Source of the DNA: Eledone cirrhosa
Taxonomy: Eukaryota
Assembly (NCBI GenBank): GCA_964016885.1
Contig: OZ024762.1
Span: forward strand, 19,716,001 to 19,780,000
Length of the DNA stretch: 64,000 bases
Direction: 5' to 3'
In this document: in pieces, positions 27,537 to 42,254 of the stretch
How positions within the stretch are numbered: the stretch's first letter is position 1
Layout of the letters: every line of letters starts with the position of its first letter
Translations under genes and position numbers: made by a program
Notes under the pieces: generated by a model
Seen by the model: only the letters and a program-made list of their open reading frames with translations
Databases searched by the model: none
Told to the model about the DNA's origin: nothing

Positions 27537-28015
27537 AGAGATTATATGGTGGACCAGGTTGAAAGGACTAAAGACAGACACTTTTCTCTTCGGCCAATCC
27601 CTCATCAACTTCTTCAAGTTTCACCTGGAAAGGAGGGTGAGGGTGGAGAGAGAAGTGCTGCCCCCCAGTACATTTGCTAAAAGGTGGGTGAATGTGGCGA
27701 GAATGGCTCGTGTGAATGGGCCTACTCTGACCATGCGCCTATAGGCTAGCTAACTTGAGGAGAGGGGTGCTCTCCTGGGTGCCCTAGAAGCGCAGGGTGG
27801 TTTAGGATTGGTGGGGTACCCGAATCACCCCAGGGTCGTCCAGCCCCTATCGGGGAATTTATTTTGTTATATTTTGCATAGTTTATTTTATATTTTCATT
27901 GTTAAATTAGTCTTGCCATTGTGCACTTTTACTCGACCTTATTGTAAACCCCCACTGTCCCTGTCTTTGTATTGTCCCCTACATGTCGGCCCTTGTGGCT
28001 AATAAATGAAATCAT
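27535..28015 (+). mobile_element. 3' end of a Tx1/L1-like LINE
   Basis: Frame EIIWWTRLKG...LINFFKFHLERRVRVERE...FAKRW resembles Tx1/L1 ORF2 C-termini (IW..R, F..RW); AATAAA near 28001; flanked by (ATT)n. Confidence 0.6.
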
Positions 28016-28186
28016 TATTATTATTATTATTATTATTGTTATTATTATTATTATTATAGGTAAGACTAAGAGATGCTGCAGTGAAATGCCTGTTGTGCAT
28101 TAAAAGGTAGAGAAATAAAAACTGAAATAGACAAATGTCAGTTGGAACACACCTCAATATATTGTGATGTATGCATGTGTGGATAT

Positions 28187-28266
<80 letters not shown>

Positions 28267-28368
28267 TGGCTAGGCAAATATATACATAAATATATATATA
28301 TATATATATATATTGATAGATATACATGGATATATGGATATATATATATATATATAGATGGAGAGATA

Positions 28369-28446
<78 letters not shown>

Positions 28447-28629
28447 GAGACTCCATTAAAGAAGGTGTGTACCTACTTATATCAGAGTCATAAAAATCTG
28501 TCAGAGAGCTGTTGACTTTTTATATGCAGGAAGTAAACAAATGTCATTTTATTGTTTTGGTACCTGATTTTTTTTACAAAATAGAAAAATTTAATAATTA
28601 ACATCATCATCATCATCATCATCATCATT

Positions 28630-29190
28630 ACCAGTAGTAGTAGTGGTGGTGGTGGTGGTGGTAATAATAGTAGTAGTAGTGGTAGTATTTATATATTAAC
28701 AGTAGTAGTTGTAGTGGTAGTATTTATATATTAACAGTAGTAGTTGTAGTGGTAGTATTTATATATTAACAGTAGTAGTTGTGGTGGTGGTAATAGTAGT
28801 AGTAGTTTGTAGTATTTATATATTAACAGTAGTAGTTGTAGTAGTAGTATTTATATATTAACAGTAGTAGTTGTGGTGGTGGTAATAGTAGTAGTAGTGG
28901 TGATATTTATATATTAACAGTAGTAGTTGTCGTGGTAGTAGTATTTATATATTAACAGTAGTAGTTGTGGTGGTAGTAGTAGTAGTAGTGGTGGTGGTGG
29001 TGGTAGTAGTAGTAGTAGTAGTATTTATATATTAACAGTAGTAGTTGTGGTGGTAGTAGTAGTAGTAGTAGTGGTGGTGGTGGTGGTAGTAGTAGTAGTA
29101 GTAGTATTTATATATTAACAGTAGTAGTTGTGGTGGTAGTAGTAGTAGTAGTAGTTGTGGTGGTAGAAGTAGTAGTAGTAGTTGTGGAGG
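28630..29190. repeat. Compound minisatellite: TATTTATATATTAACAGTAGTAGTTGT blocks in variable (TAG/TGG)n
   Basis: ~10 copies of the fixed block. Confidence 0.9.
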
Positions 29191-29399
29191 TGGGAGTAAA
29201 TTTTTTTATTCATAAAGGTTTCAATTCAGGTAGAAGACCAACAATTTTGTTGGGGATAGGGGTTGAGAAGAGGATAAGTTGATTGACCCCAGTATATGAC
29301 TGGTACCTTATTTTATTGAACCTAGAAGGACGAACGGCAAAGTTGACCTTGATAGGATTTGTACTCAGAATATAAGGAGATCAAACAAATACTGTAAAG

Positions 29400-30036
29400 C
29401 AGGCATGTCAAACTGAGGGTCACCCGAGGACCACATGGGTCACACGTGTTGTCTGAGGGTCACATGGGTCACATATGTGTTGTCTGAGGGCCACATGAGT
29501 CACATGTGTTGTCTGAGGAGCACATGGGTCACATATGTGTTGTCTGAGGGCCACATGGGTCACATATGTGTTGTCAGAGGGCCACATGGGTCACATGTGT
29601 GTTGTCTGAGGACCACATGGGTCACATATGTGTTGCCTGAGGGCCACATGGGTCACATGTGTGTTGTCTGAGGGCCACATGGGTCACATATGTGTTGTCT
29701 GAGGGTCACATGGGTCACATATGTGTTGTCTGAAGGTGACATGGGTCATATGTGTTGTCTGAGGGCCATATGGGTCACATATGTGTTGTCTGAGGGCCAC
29801 ATGGGTCACACATGTGTTGTCTGAGGGCCACATGGGTCACATATGTGTTGTCTGAGGGCCACATGGGTCACACATGTGTTGTCTGACGGTCACATATGTG
29901 TTGTCTGAGGGCCACACATCACAACTAATATTTTTTATTTTATATTACGCTCACACTGCCAAAACCTTTTTTGCAGGCCACAGGTGTGCTTGTAAAGGGC
30001 TGAAGTGGCCCGTGGGCCGCATGTTTGACATGCCTG
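29400..30036. mobile_element. hAT-type MITE with internal ~31-bp minisatellite (~16 copies), inserted in a SINE-B
   Basis: TIRs CAGGCATGTCAAAC / GTTTGACATGCCTG; 8-bp TSD CTGTAAAG / CTCTAAAG; SINE sequence continues on both sides. Confidence 0.85.
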
Positions 30037-30162
30037 CTCTAAAGAATTTTGTCCAATGCTCTACCGAATAGAAACAATATCAAAAATAACACTGCATAAA
30101 CCCAAGGCACACTGAGCTCTGCTCAGTATTGCAGTGATGACATGGATTACAATAAGACTAAT

Positions 30163-30725
30163 AATTGTTTTTACTTTTGGCACGAGGCCAGCAATCATCC
30201 CAGTGTATTACTGGTACTTTATTTTATCGACCCTGTAAGGATGAAAGGCAAAGTTAACCTCGGCAGGATTTGAACTCAGATCGTAAAGGGCCGTAACTCG
30301 ATGCTGCAAACCATGGCGTCCGACCCTCTAAAGATACTGCCAATCCACCGCCCTTATATAATAAGACTAATAATGGTTATTATAAACATAATAATAATTG
30401 TTTCTACTTTAGGTTCAATGCCAGCAACTTTTGGGGAGGGGAAAGTCATTTAAATTGACCCCAGTACATTACTGGTGCTTTATTTTTTTCGACCCCGTAA
30501 CAGCGAAAGACAAAACTAACCTCGGCGGAGTTTGAACCAAGAACATAAAAATAATAAAGGTTTCTGGTTTAGGCAGAAGGCCAACAATTTTTTGGGGGAA
30601 GGGGAAAGTCAATTAAATCGACCCAGTACATTACTGGTACTTTATTTGAACTCATAACACAAAGGGCCGTAACTCTGTGCCATGAAGCAGGGTGTTCAAA
30701 GGGCTACCGATACTGCCAAACCACC
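30163..30725 (-). mobile_element. Cluster of three SINE-B copies/fragments
   Basis: Repeated TTGTTTCTACTT..GGCAC..GGCCAGCAA..ACTGGTACTTTATTT. Confidence 0.8.
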
Positions 30726-31015
30726 CAGGGCAGTTCTTCTTCCTGCCCTATTTTATCTTCTCTTCTGTATCCTCCTCATTCTCCTTTATTTTACTCAAGT
30801 TAGCCATGATCCACCCTCTCATTCACATTATCCAATTTATATTGATTGAATTGGTTTAACACCTCATGCCTATGTAGGGTTAGCCATCCAGCCTCCAATA
30901 GGAGGTTTCTTGGGTGTTTTAATGGTAGCAGCCCCAGTCATATGATGCCACAGCATGGCCACAGTCAAATGGCTGAGTCAAGTAAAATATTTAACCGCTT
31001 TGTTATCATCTTATA

Positions 31016-31824
31016 TATAATTGTTTCTACTTTTGGCACAATGCCAGCAATTACCCCGGTGCATTACTGGTACTTTATTTTATCGACTCCGTAGTATTTT
31101 ATAATAATTGTTTCAACTTTTGGCACAATGCCAGCAATTACCCCAGTGCATTACTGGTACTTTATTTTATCGACTCCGTAGTATTTTATAATAATTGTTT
31201 CAACTTTTGGCACAATGCCAGCAATTACCCCGGTGCATTACTGGTACTTTATTTTATCGACTCCGTAGTATTTTATAATAATTGTTTCAACTTTTGGCAC
31301 AATGCCAGCAATTACCCCAGTGCATTACTGGTACTTTATTTTATCGACTCCGTAGTATTTTATAATAATTGTTTCTACTTTTGGCACAATGCCAGCAATT
31401 ACCCCAGTGCATTACTGGTACTTTATTTTATCGACTCCGTAGTATTTTATAATAATTGTTTCTACTTTTGGCACAATGCCAGCAATTACCCCAGTGCATT
31501 ACTGGTACTTTATTTTATCGACTCCGTAGTATTTTATAATAATTGTTTCTACTTTTGGCACAATGCCAGCAATTACCCCGGTGCATTACTGGTACTTTAT
31601 TTTATCGACTCCGTAGTATTTTATAATAATTGTTTCAACTTTTGGCACAAGGCCAGTAATTACCCCAGTGCATTACTGGTACTTTATTTTATCGACTCCG
31701 TAGTATTTTATAATAATTGTTTCAACTTTTGGCACAAGGCCAGTAATTACCCCAGTGCATTACTGGTACTTTATTTTATCGACTCCGTAAGGATGAAAGG
31801 CAAAGGTAACCTCGGCGAGATTTA
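31016..31824 (-). repeat. 87-bp tandem array (9 copies) of the SINE-B 3' end
   Basis: Period 87 (31021, 31108, 31195...); last unit continues into the SINE body. Confidence 0.93.
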
Positions 31825-32151
31825 TGATGATTAGAGAACTGCGAGACTGCGTCAGGTTTATGTTTTACACCACGTTATTAAAATAAGTTGAATAAATCAC
31901 GAATGAGTGAATATTATGTAAGTTATCTACTAAATTTCTTAGCCCTTGATTAAACATAAAAAATCTTATATATAATATTTTGCTTATTTCAAGATTCACT
32001 TCAGTTAAAATTTTCAAATGTCAGTTTCCATTAGTGTTCGTTATATCATAATGTTTATATTTCTGTCGCTAATTTCATTTTCTCCTTTTTTTTTATTTTC
32101 ATAACATCTCATTGTAATGTTGTTTATATATATAATATAATCTTTTTTTCA

Positions 32152-32372
32152 CCCTTTAATGTTCAAACTGGCCAAAACCGGCCAGAATTCTCTACTTTTT
32201 TTCTGTTGAAACTGGCTGTAACTGGTCACTGAAGCTGATGTTATGGTATTGTTCTCAAAATAAATACTTTCAAAATCTCATAGATTCGATATTATGTGAG
32301 GTAATTATGTGAGATAAAGCATTTACCATGAAAATATAATAGTATATATAGAGTAATGTGAATACTAAAGGG
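32152..32372 (-). mobile_element. piggyBac-type MITE P
   Basis: CCCTTTA...CTAAAGGG|TTAA; reverse complement of 53410-53619. Confidence 0.85.
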
Positions 32373-32830
32373 TTAAATGTATCATGGATTAGTTTACTCA
32401 TTACAGTAGAAAGTGTAACACAGTCTCTCTTCAATTTCTGTGCATATTGTCAATTTACTTTTCAATTTGTATATCGCATCTATATGTTAGTGTTTCTAAT
32501 CATAGACACTCCTTATGGGTTTTTTTTAAATAATCAAGTATTTCCGATGGATTTAGTATTATAACTAACTTTCTGATTATTAAGCTGGAACATAACTTAA
32601 CAAAGGTTCTTAAATATATTTATGGTGTAAGGTTTTTTTCCAATAAAACAAACAATTATAAATCTTATGACCAACGACAGTTTCAGGCTGTTTAATATCA
32701 GAAGTGTTAAATGCTTTTTTTTTTGCGTAGAATTATGGTGGGAAGTTTTTTTAGATAAATATAACTGTTTCTATTTTTGGCACAAGGGCAGCAATTATCC
32801 CAGTGCATTACTAGTACCTATCAGATGAAT

Positions 32831-34160
32831 ACAAACACTTTAAATTAGATTTGTATCAGAGAATCAGGGACAATTTTGGTGGTTTGGTATTAAAATAGTT
32901 AATAGTTTTGTATCAGACAACCATGGACAGTTCAGGCTGTTTGGTCTCAAAATAGTTAATAAAGGTTCTTATAAAAATATAAAATATGATGGTATGATTT
33001 TAGATAATTACAAACACTTTAAATTAGATTTGTATCAGAGAACTAGGGACAATTTTGGTGGTTTGGTATTAAAATAGTTAATAGTTTTGTATCAGACAAC
33101 CATGGACAGTTCAGGCTGTTTGGTCTCAAAATAGTTAATAAAGGTTCTTATAAAAATATAAAATATGATGGTATGATTTTAGATAATTACAAACACTTTA
33201 AATTAGATTTGTATCAGAGAACCAGGGACAATTTTGGTGGTTTGGTATTAAAATAGTTAATAGTTTTGTATCAGACAACCATGGACAGTTCAGGCTGTTT
33301 GGTCTCAAAATAGTTAATAAAGGTTCTTATAAAAATATAAAATATGATGGTATGATTTTAGATAATTACAAACACTTTAAATTAGATTTGTATCAGAGAA
33401 CCAGGGACAATTTCGGTGGTTTGGTATTAAAATAGTTAATAGTTTTGTATCAGACAACCATGGACAGTTCAGGCTGTTTGGTCTCAAAATAGTTAATAAA
33501 GGTTCTTATAAAAATATAAAATATGATGGTATGATTTTAGATAATTACAAACACTTTAAATTAGATTTGTATCAGAGAATCAGGGACAATTTCGGTGGTT
33601 TGGTATTAAAATAGTTAATAGTTTTGTATCAGACAACCATGGACAGTTCAGGCTGTTTGGTCTCAAAATAGTTAATAAAGGTTCTTATAAAAATATAAAA
33701 TATGATGGTATGATTTTAGATAATTACAAACACTTTAAATTAGATTTGTATCAGAGAATCAGGGACAATTTCGGTGGTTTGGTATTAAAATAGTTAATAG
33801 TTTTGTATCAGACAACCATGGACAGTTCAGGCTGTTTGGTCTCAAAATAGTTAATAAAGGTTCTTATAAAAATATAAAATATGATGGTATGATTTTAGAT
33901 AATTACAAACACTTTAAATTAGATTTGTATCAGAGAACTAGGGACAATTTTGGTGGTTTGGTATTAAAATAGTTAATAGTTTTGTATCAGACAACCATGG
34001 ACAGTTCAGGCTGTTTGGTCTCAAAATAGTTAATAAAGGTTCTTATAAAAATATAAAATATGATGGTATGATTTTAGATAATTACAAACACTTTAAATTA
34101 GATTTGTATCAGAGAACCAGGGACAATTTCGGTGGTTTGGTATTAAAATAGTTAATAAAA
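32831..34160. repeat. 179-bp tandem repeat (~7.4 copies), internally dimeric
   Basis: Period 179 (32831, 33010, 33189...); two sub-repeats TTGTATCAGA..GGACA..GTTTGGT..AAAATAGTTAATA. Confidence 0.95.
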
Positions 34161-34514
34161 GTTTCTTACATAAAAATATGATGGTATGATTTTAGATAAA
34201 TATAAACACTTTAAAATAAGCAGTTTCGTATCAGAGAACCAGAGGCAATTTCTGGCTGTTTCATATGTAAACATTTAAAGAATAACAATGTAGTGTTATA
34301 TATAGTGACCTCTGTGATTTAAAAGCAGTGCAAGCTATCATTGAACAGGCATAGTGGTGTCATTACCAATGAATGCAGTCTCTCTTCAAACAATTAGCCT
34401 CGAATACATTTTAAGCCAGAGTTATTCTAAGATTGTTTGCCAGAAAATTGTTTCAAGACTGCAGCTTCCTCCACATAATAAGAGCTGTTGGCCCCTCTAG
34501 GATATTATTACTAT

Positions 34515-34524
34515 CTTTGTCGTC

Positions 34525-34558
<34 letters not shown>

Positions 34559-35029
34559 TCATCGTCATCATCGTCATCATCATTGTCATCGTCATCGTCA
34601 TCGTCGTCTTTGACGTTATGGTCTTCATCATCATCATTGTGAGCGTCAGTACAATCATCACCATCACAATCATCATCAGCATCATCACCATCACCATCAC
34701 AATCATCATCAACATCATCATCATCATAATCATCACTATCATCATTATTATCAACATCATCATCATCATCAACACCATCACCATCATCATCATCACCATT
34801 CTCATCACCATCACCATAATCATCAACATCATCACCATCATTATCACCATTCTCATCACCATCAACATCATCATCATCATCATCATCATCATCATTATCA
34901 TCATCATCATCATCATTATCATCATCATCATCATAAACCTCACCATTCTCACTATCATCATCATTATCAACATCATCTTCATCACCATAATCACCATCAG
35001 AGTCATCATCATCATCATCACTATTATGG

Positions 35030-35060
<31 letters not shown>

Positions 35061-35165
35061 TATCATCATCGTTATTATTATTATCATCATCATTATCATT
35101 GTGATATCATTGCTGTTGTTATTGTCATCATCATCATGACCATCACCACCATCACCATCATCACC

Positions 35166-35197
<32 letters not shown>

Positions 35198-35198
35198 T
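34515..35198. repeat. (CAT)n triplet repeat
   Basis: Low complexity. Confidence 0.95.
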
Positions 35199-35249
35199 GC
35201 TATTTATATTTTCAATATTTTTTTTTTTTTTACACTCCCTTCCCCCTTG

Positions 35250-35652
35250 TGTGTGCCCTAGTGGTTAGGGTGTTGGGCCCCTGATCAGGGGGTTACGGGT
35301 TCAATTGCAGAACTGAATCATATGCTGCATCGTATTATTGAGCAAGACATTTCATTTCACATTGCTTTCAATGATAGGAACTGCTGGAGCTGTAACACAT
35401 AATATAGTCAGAGGAAAGACACTACACTATGTCCCTTACCTTGTCTCTCAAGGGTGGGGTCTCAGTAGGCCGGTGTTTATCTTGGTCCTGGTTTCCTTGG
35501 TGTTAAGCAACTGAGAGTTCAATATTCCCCCCTGGACTCACTGTAAATGAGGTTGGTGTTAGGAAGGGCATCCATCTGTAGAAATCAAGCCAGAATCAGT
35601 TCCCGTCCCACCCTTGCAAGCAGGGATAAAGCGGACGTAAAATGAAATGAAT
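35250..35652 (+). mobile_element. Older CORE-like SINE head followed by a SINE-A 3' fragment (35537-35652)
   Basis: TAGTGGTTAGG..GGGTTCAATT..TTGAGCAAGACAT; then CTCACTGTAAATGAGG...GGACGTAAAATGA. Confidence 0.7.
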
Positions 35653-35653
35653 G

Positions 35654-37078
35654 TCTTCCAATGATAGGAGCCCCCAGAGCTCTAAACAATTAGAAAGAGT
35701 ACACTATATCTCTCTCTTGCTTTACTGTTCTAATACTATTTCAGGTATATTTTTTGTGTTCTTGAGCAAGACATTTCATTCTACATCTCTTCCAATGATA
35801 GGAGCCCCCAGAGCTCTAAACAATTAGAAAGACTACACTATATCTCTCTCTTGCTTTACTGTTCTAATACTATTTCAGGTATATTTTTTGTGTTCTTGAG
35901 CAAGACATTTCATTCTACATCTCTTCCAATGATAGGAGCCCCCAGAGCTCTAAACAATTAGAAAGACTACACTATATCTCTCTCTTGCTTTACTGTTCTA
36001 ATACTATTTCAGGTATATTTTTTGTGTTCTTGAGCAAGACATTTCATTCTACATCTCTTCCAATGATAGGAGCCCCCAGAGCTCTAAACAATTAGAAAGA
36101 CTACACTATATCTCTCTCTTGCTTTACTGTTCTAATACTATTTCAGGTATATTTTTTGTGTTCTTGAGCAAGACATTTCATTCTACATCTCTTCCAATGA
36201 TAGGAGCCCCCAGAGCTCTAAACAATTAGAAAGACTACACTATATCTCTCTCTTGCTTTACTGTTCTAATACTATTTCAGGTATATTTTTTGTGTTCTTG
36301 AGCAAGACATTTCATTCTACATCTCTTCCAATGATAGGAGCTCCCAGAGCTCTAAACAATTAGAAAGACTACACTATATCTCTCTCTTGCTTTACTGTTC
36401 TAATACTATTTCAGGTATATTTTTTGTGTTCTTGAGCAAGACATTTCATTCTACATCTCTTCCAATGATAGGAGCCCCCAGAGCTCTAAACAATTAGAAA
36501 GAGTACACTATATCTCTCTCTTGCTTTACTGTTCTAATACTATTTCAGGTATATTTTTTGTGTTCTTGAGCAAGACATTTCATTCTACATCTCTTCCAAT
36601 GATAGGAGCCCCCAGAGCTCTAAACAATTAGAAAGAGTACACTATATCTCTCTCTTGCTTTACTGTTCTAATACTATTTCAGGTATATTTTTTGTGTTCT
36701 TGAGCAAGACATTTCATTCTACATCTCTTCCAATGATAGGAGCCCCCAGAGCTCTAAACAATTAGAAAGAGTACACTATATCTCTCTCTTGCTTTACTGT
36801 TCTAATACTATTTCAGGTATATTTTTTGTGAGTTCTTGAGCAAGACATTTCATTCTACATCTCTTCCAATGATAGTAGCCCCCAGAGCTCTAAACAATTA
36901 GAAAGAGTACACTATATCTCTCTCTTGCTTTACTGTTCTAATACTATTTCAGGTATATTTTTTGTGTTCTTGAGCAAGACATTTCATTCTACATGTCTTC
37001 CAATGATAAGAGCCCCCAGAGCTCTAAACAATTAGAAAGAGTACACTATATCTCTCTCTTGCTTTACCGTTCTAATAC
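35654..37078. repeat. 134-bp tandem repeat (~10.6 copies), SINE-core derived
   Basis: Period 134 (35654, 35788, 35922); contains CTTGAGCAAGACATTTCATT, similar to 35338-35430. Confidence 0.93.
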
Positions 37079-37656
37079 AACATCAGCTATCTTTATTCTT
37101 TTTTCGTGTTTGAATGTGTGTGTTTGTTGTGTTTGAATGTGTGGATGTGTATGTGTGTGTGTGTATATTATATGTGTGTGTATGTATGTATGTATGTGTG
37201 TGTATGTGTATGGATGTATGTGTGTGTGTGTGTGTATGTATGTGTGTCCGTCCTGAAATTACTATCCAATCTAAATCAGTTCTTTTGATCACCTCTTAAA
37301 TGATAATACATTATTAGACTCAACTTTCAGTTAGAATTGAATTAAACTTTGTATTTTAAGGGGGACAATGTCAGTATGGGTATGTCGAAGACTTTAGAGT
37401 TGAATCTAATATGTATGTGTGGGTGTTTATATATATATATATATGTGTGTGTATATGTTTGTATATGTATGTATGTATACATACATATATATATACATAC
37501 ATATTCATACATACATACATATATAAACATACATATACATGCATACATATATATATACATACATATACATATATACATATATATACATACATATACATAC
37601 ATTTATATACATACATACATATATACACATACATACATACATACATACATATATAC

Positions 37657-38103
37657 ATAACTGCCACCAAATTAAAGCACAACCGGCCTGATATTGTAGT
37701 TTGGGACCACACATTGAAAACGTGTTCTGTTGTGGAGATCAGCTGCCCACTTGATGTAAACGTTGTCAGAAAAATACAGGAGAAGGAGGACATCTACGGA
37801 CCATTGATGAGGAGCTTACAAATCCAGTATCCAAGATACACCTTTAGCTTCATACCCATCATTATTGGTGCTACGGGTTATATACCAACCCGCTTGGACC
37901 AAAGTATGACCGAACTTGGATTTGCGGACAAAAAGCGCAGCTCCCTAATTCATAGTCTACAAATGGCTGCGATAGCTGGCACCTTCAAAATATGCAAAAC
38001 ATTCTTGCGATTCAAGGGATGACAATTTCTTTTCTTTTACAACCTTGCCACCAGGAAGGTGGCCGGTCAAAAAAATATACTCGAAATTAAGAGAAAGAGA
38101 AAA
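37657..38103 (+). mobile_element. 3' end of a second RLE non-LTR retrotransposon (R4/Dong-like), in (TACA)n
   Basis: Open frame HNRPDIVVWD...VVEISCP...EKEDIY...PIIIGATG (PD-(D/E)xK nuclease) to stop at 38022. Confidence 0.85.
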
Positions 38104-38295
38104 CATACATACACATACATACATACACATACATACATATTTATACATACATACATATACATACATATATATACATGTATGTATATATATGAATATATAT
38201 ATATATATATCTGTGTGTGTGTGTGTGTCTGTCCATACATAAATGCATATCTATCATCATCATCACCACCGTTTTACGTCCATTCTTCCACAGTA

Positions 38296-38331
<36 letters not shown>

Positions 38332-38335
<4 letters not shown>

Positions 38336-38665
38336 TCATCATTTTACGTCCACTTTTCCCTGCTTGCAAGGGTGGGACGGGAACTGATTCTGGCTTGATT
38401 TCTACAGCTGGATGCCCTTCCTAACACCAACCTCATATACAGCGAGTGCTGGGTGCTTTTTTTGCCGTGGCACCTCCACAACCACTTTACAGTGGAACGA
38501 TAGGGACCCCAGTCCCTATCATCTCATTTCTACAGCTGAGTAAACTGGAGCAATGTGAAATAAAGTGTCTTGCTCAAGGAAACAACACATCACCCGGTCA
38601 GAGAATTGAACTCACAACCTTTCGATTGCAAGGCCAATGCTCTAACCACTAAGCCATGTGCCTCC
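38332..38665 (-). mobile_element. SINE-A full length
   Basis: Family consensus match. Confidence 0.93.
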
Positions 38666-38735
38666 ATATATCTATGCACAGACATGCATACACACACATA
38701 TGCCAGCATGAAAATTGAATATAAAATGATTACTA

Positions 38736-39512
<777 letters not shown>

Positions 39513-40009
39513 ATTATACAGAGAGAGAGGGAGAGAGGGTGAGATAGAGAGAGAGAGGGAGAGAGAAAGTGATAAAGAAAGATATAGGAATAAAGAGAGT
39601 GTGGGAAGAGGAGATTAAGAGAAAGATGTAGGAAAGGAAAGAGGGTGAGAGAGAGACAGAGTAAAAAAAATTAAAGGAAGAAGAAGGATAGAGAGAAAGA
39701 GACTCGTGTGTGGGGGTGGGTGGGGGGTCGGGGGGGTGGGGGTGTATGGAAGAGAGAAAAATTGCATAAGAAATAGATTTTGCATTGAAATCTCGCATGA
39801 TAATATGGATGAAAATATCTCTGTGTGTGTCTTGTATTATTTCCAGTATTTTTAAAGAAGTGTGACCTTTGCTCTGGTACAAGACAAGGTCATCACTACA
39901 TCCAAGATTTCCTTCACACTGCAGTGCTGCCACCAACAGGCTAATATATCAAATTACAACTAACAACAACAACCACGACAGTGATAAGAAGAATATGAAA
40001 ACCATCAGA

Positions 40010-42143
40010 TTACAACAGATACAGCAGTTACAATAACAAAACTACCACCAACAACAACAACAACACCACCACCAACAACAACAACACCACCACCACCAAC
40101 AACAACACCACCACCAACAACAACAACAGCACCACCAACAACAACAACAGCAGCAGCAGCAGCAGCAACAATAACAACAACAATATCACTACCAACAACA
40201 GCAGCAATAACAAAACCAGCTCCACCAACAACATCAGCCGCAACAACAATATCAATACCAATAACAACACCAACACCAACAACACCAACACCAACAACAA
40301 CACCAACCACGATAACAACATCACCAACAACAACACCACCACCAACTACAAAACTATACCATCAGCAACAACAACACCACCAACAACAACACCACCAACA
40401 CCAACACCACCAACACCACCAACACCAACAACACCACCAACACCACCAACAACACCAACAACACCAACACCAACAACACCAGCAACACCACCAACCAACA
40501 CCAACACCAACAACACCAACAACAACAACACCAACAACACCACCAACAACACCACCAACAACACCAACACCACCACCAACAACACCAACACCAACAACAA
40601 CAACACCAACAACACCAACACCACCAACAACACCAACACCAACAACAACACCAACAACAACAACACCAACAACAACACCACCAACACCACCAACAACACC
40701 AACACGAACACCACCAACAACAACACCAACACCACCACCAACACCAACAACAACACCAACACCACCAACACCAACACCACCACCAACACCAACAACAACA
40801 ACACCAACAACACCACCACCAACAACACCACCAACAACAACAACACCAACAACAACACCAACAACACCAACACGAACACCAACAACAACAACACCAACAC
40901 CACCACCAACAACACCACCAACAACAACACCACCAACAACAACAACAACTCCAACAACAACACCAACACCAACACCACCACCAACAACAACACGAACACC
41001 AACAACAACACCAACAACAACACCAACAACACCAACACCAACACCACCAACAACAACAACACGAACACCAACAACAACACCAACACCACCACCAACAACA
41101 CCACCAACAACAACACCACCAACAACAACAACAACACCAACAACAACACCAACACCACCAACACCAACACCACCAACACCACCAACAACAACAACACGAA
41201 CAACAACACCACCAACAACACCAACACCACCAACACCACCAACAACACCAACAACAACACCACCAACACCACCAACAACAACAACACGAATAACAACACC
41301 ACCAACAACACCAACACCACCAACACCACCAACACCAACACCACCAACACCACCAACAACAACAACACGAACAACAACACCACCAACAACACCAACACCA
41401 CCAACACGAACACCACCAACAACAACAATACCACCAACACCACCAACAACAACAATACCACCAACACCAACACCACCAACACCAACAACAACAACACCAA
41501 CACCAACACCAACACCACCAACACCAACACCAACAACACCACCACCAACACCACCAACACCACCAACAACACCACCAACACCACCACCAACACCACCAAC
41601 ACCACCACCAACAACAACAACACCAACAACAACACCAACACCACCAACACCAACAACAACAACACCAACACCACCAACAACAGCAATACCACCAACACCA
41701 ACACCACCAACAACAGCAATACCACCAACACCAACACCACCAACACCACCAACAACAACAACACGAACACCAACAACAACACCAACACCAACACCACCAA
41801 CACCAACAACAACAACAATACCACCAACACCAACAACACCAACACCAACACCAACAACACCAACACCACCACCAACACCAACAACAACAACACCAACACC
41901 AACAACACCAACACCAACAACACCAACACCACCACCAACACCAACAACAACACCAACACCAACAACAACACCACCAACACCACCAACAACAACAATACCA
42001 CCAACACCACCAACACCAACACCACCAACACCAACAACACCAACACCAACAACACCAACACCAACACCACCACCAACACCAACAACAACACCAACACCAC
42101 CAACAACACCAACAACACCACCAACAACAACAACACCAACACT
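40010..42143. repeat. 2.1-kb (ACA/CCA)n cryptic triplet repeat
   Basis: NCA triplets throughout, phase slips near 40350 and 40495. Confidence 0.92.
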
Positions 42144-42221
42144 AATAATTATGGTAAAGATTTCTGACATTGGAACACAGCCATACATTTTTTTTTTGGG
42201 GGGGGGCTTTGTGTGTGTGTC

Positions 42222-42254
<33 letters not shown>

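Noticed and set aside
28680-29135. CRISPR-like repeat-spacer pattern
   Set aside because: Spacers are (TAG/TGG)n of variable length; eukaryotic context; no cas genes.
40346-42188. ~600-aa Val/Leu/Gly ORFs on the minus strand
   Set aside because: Reverse translation of the (ACA/CCA)n repeat.
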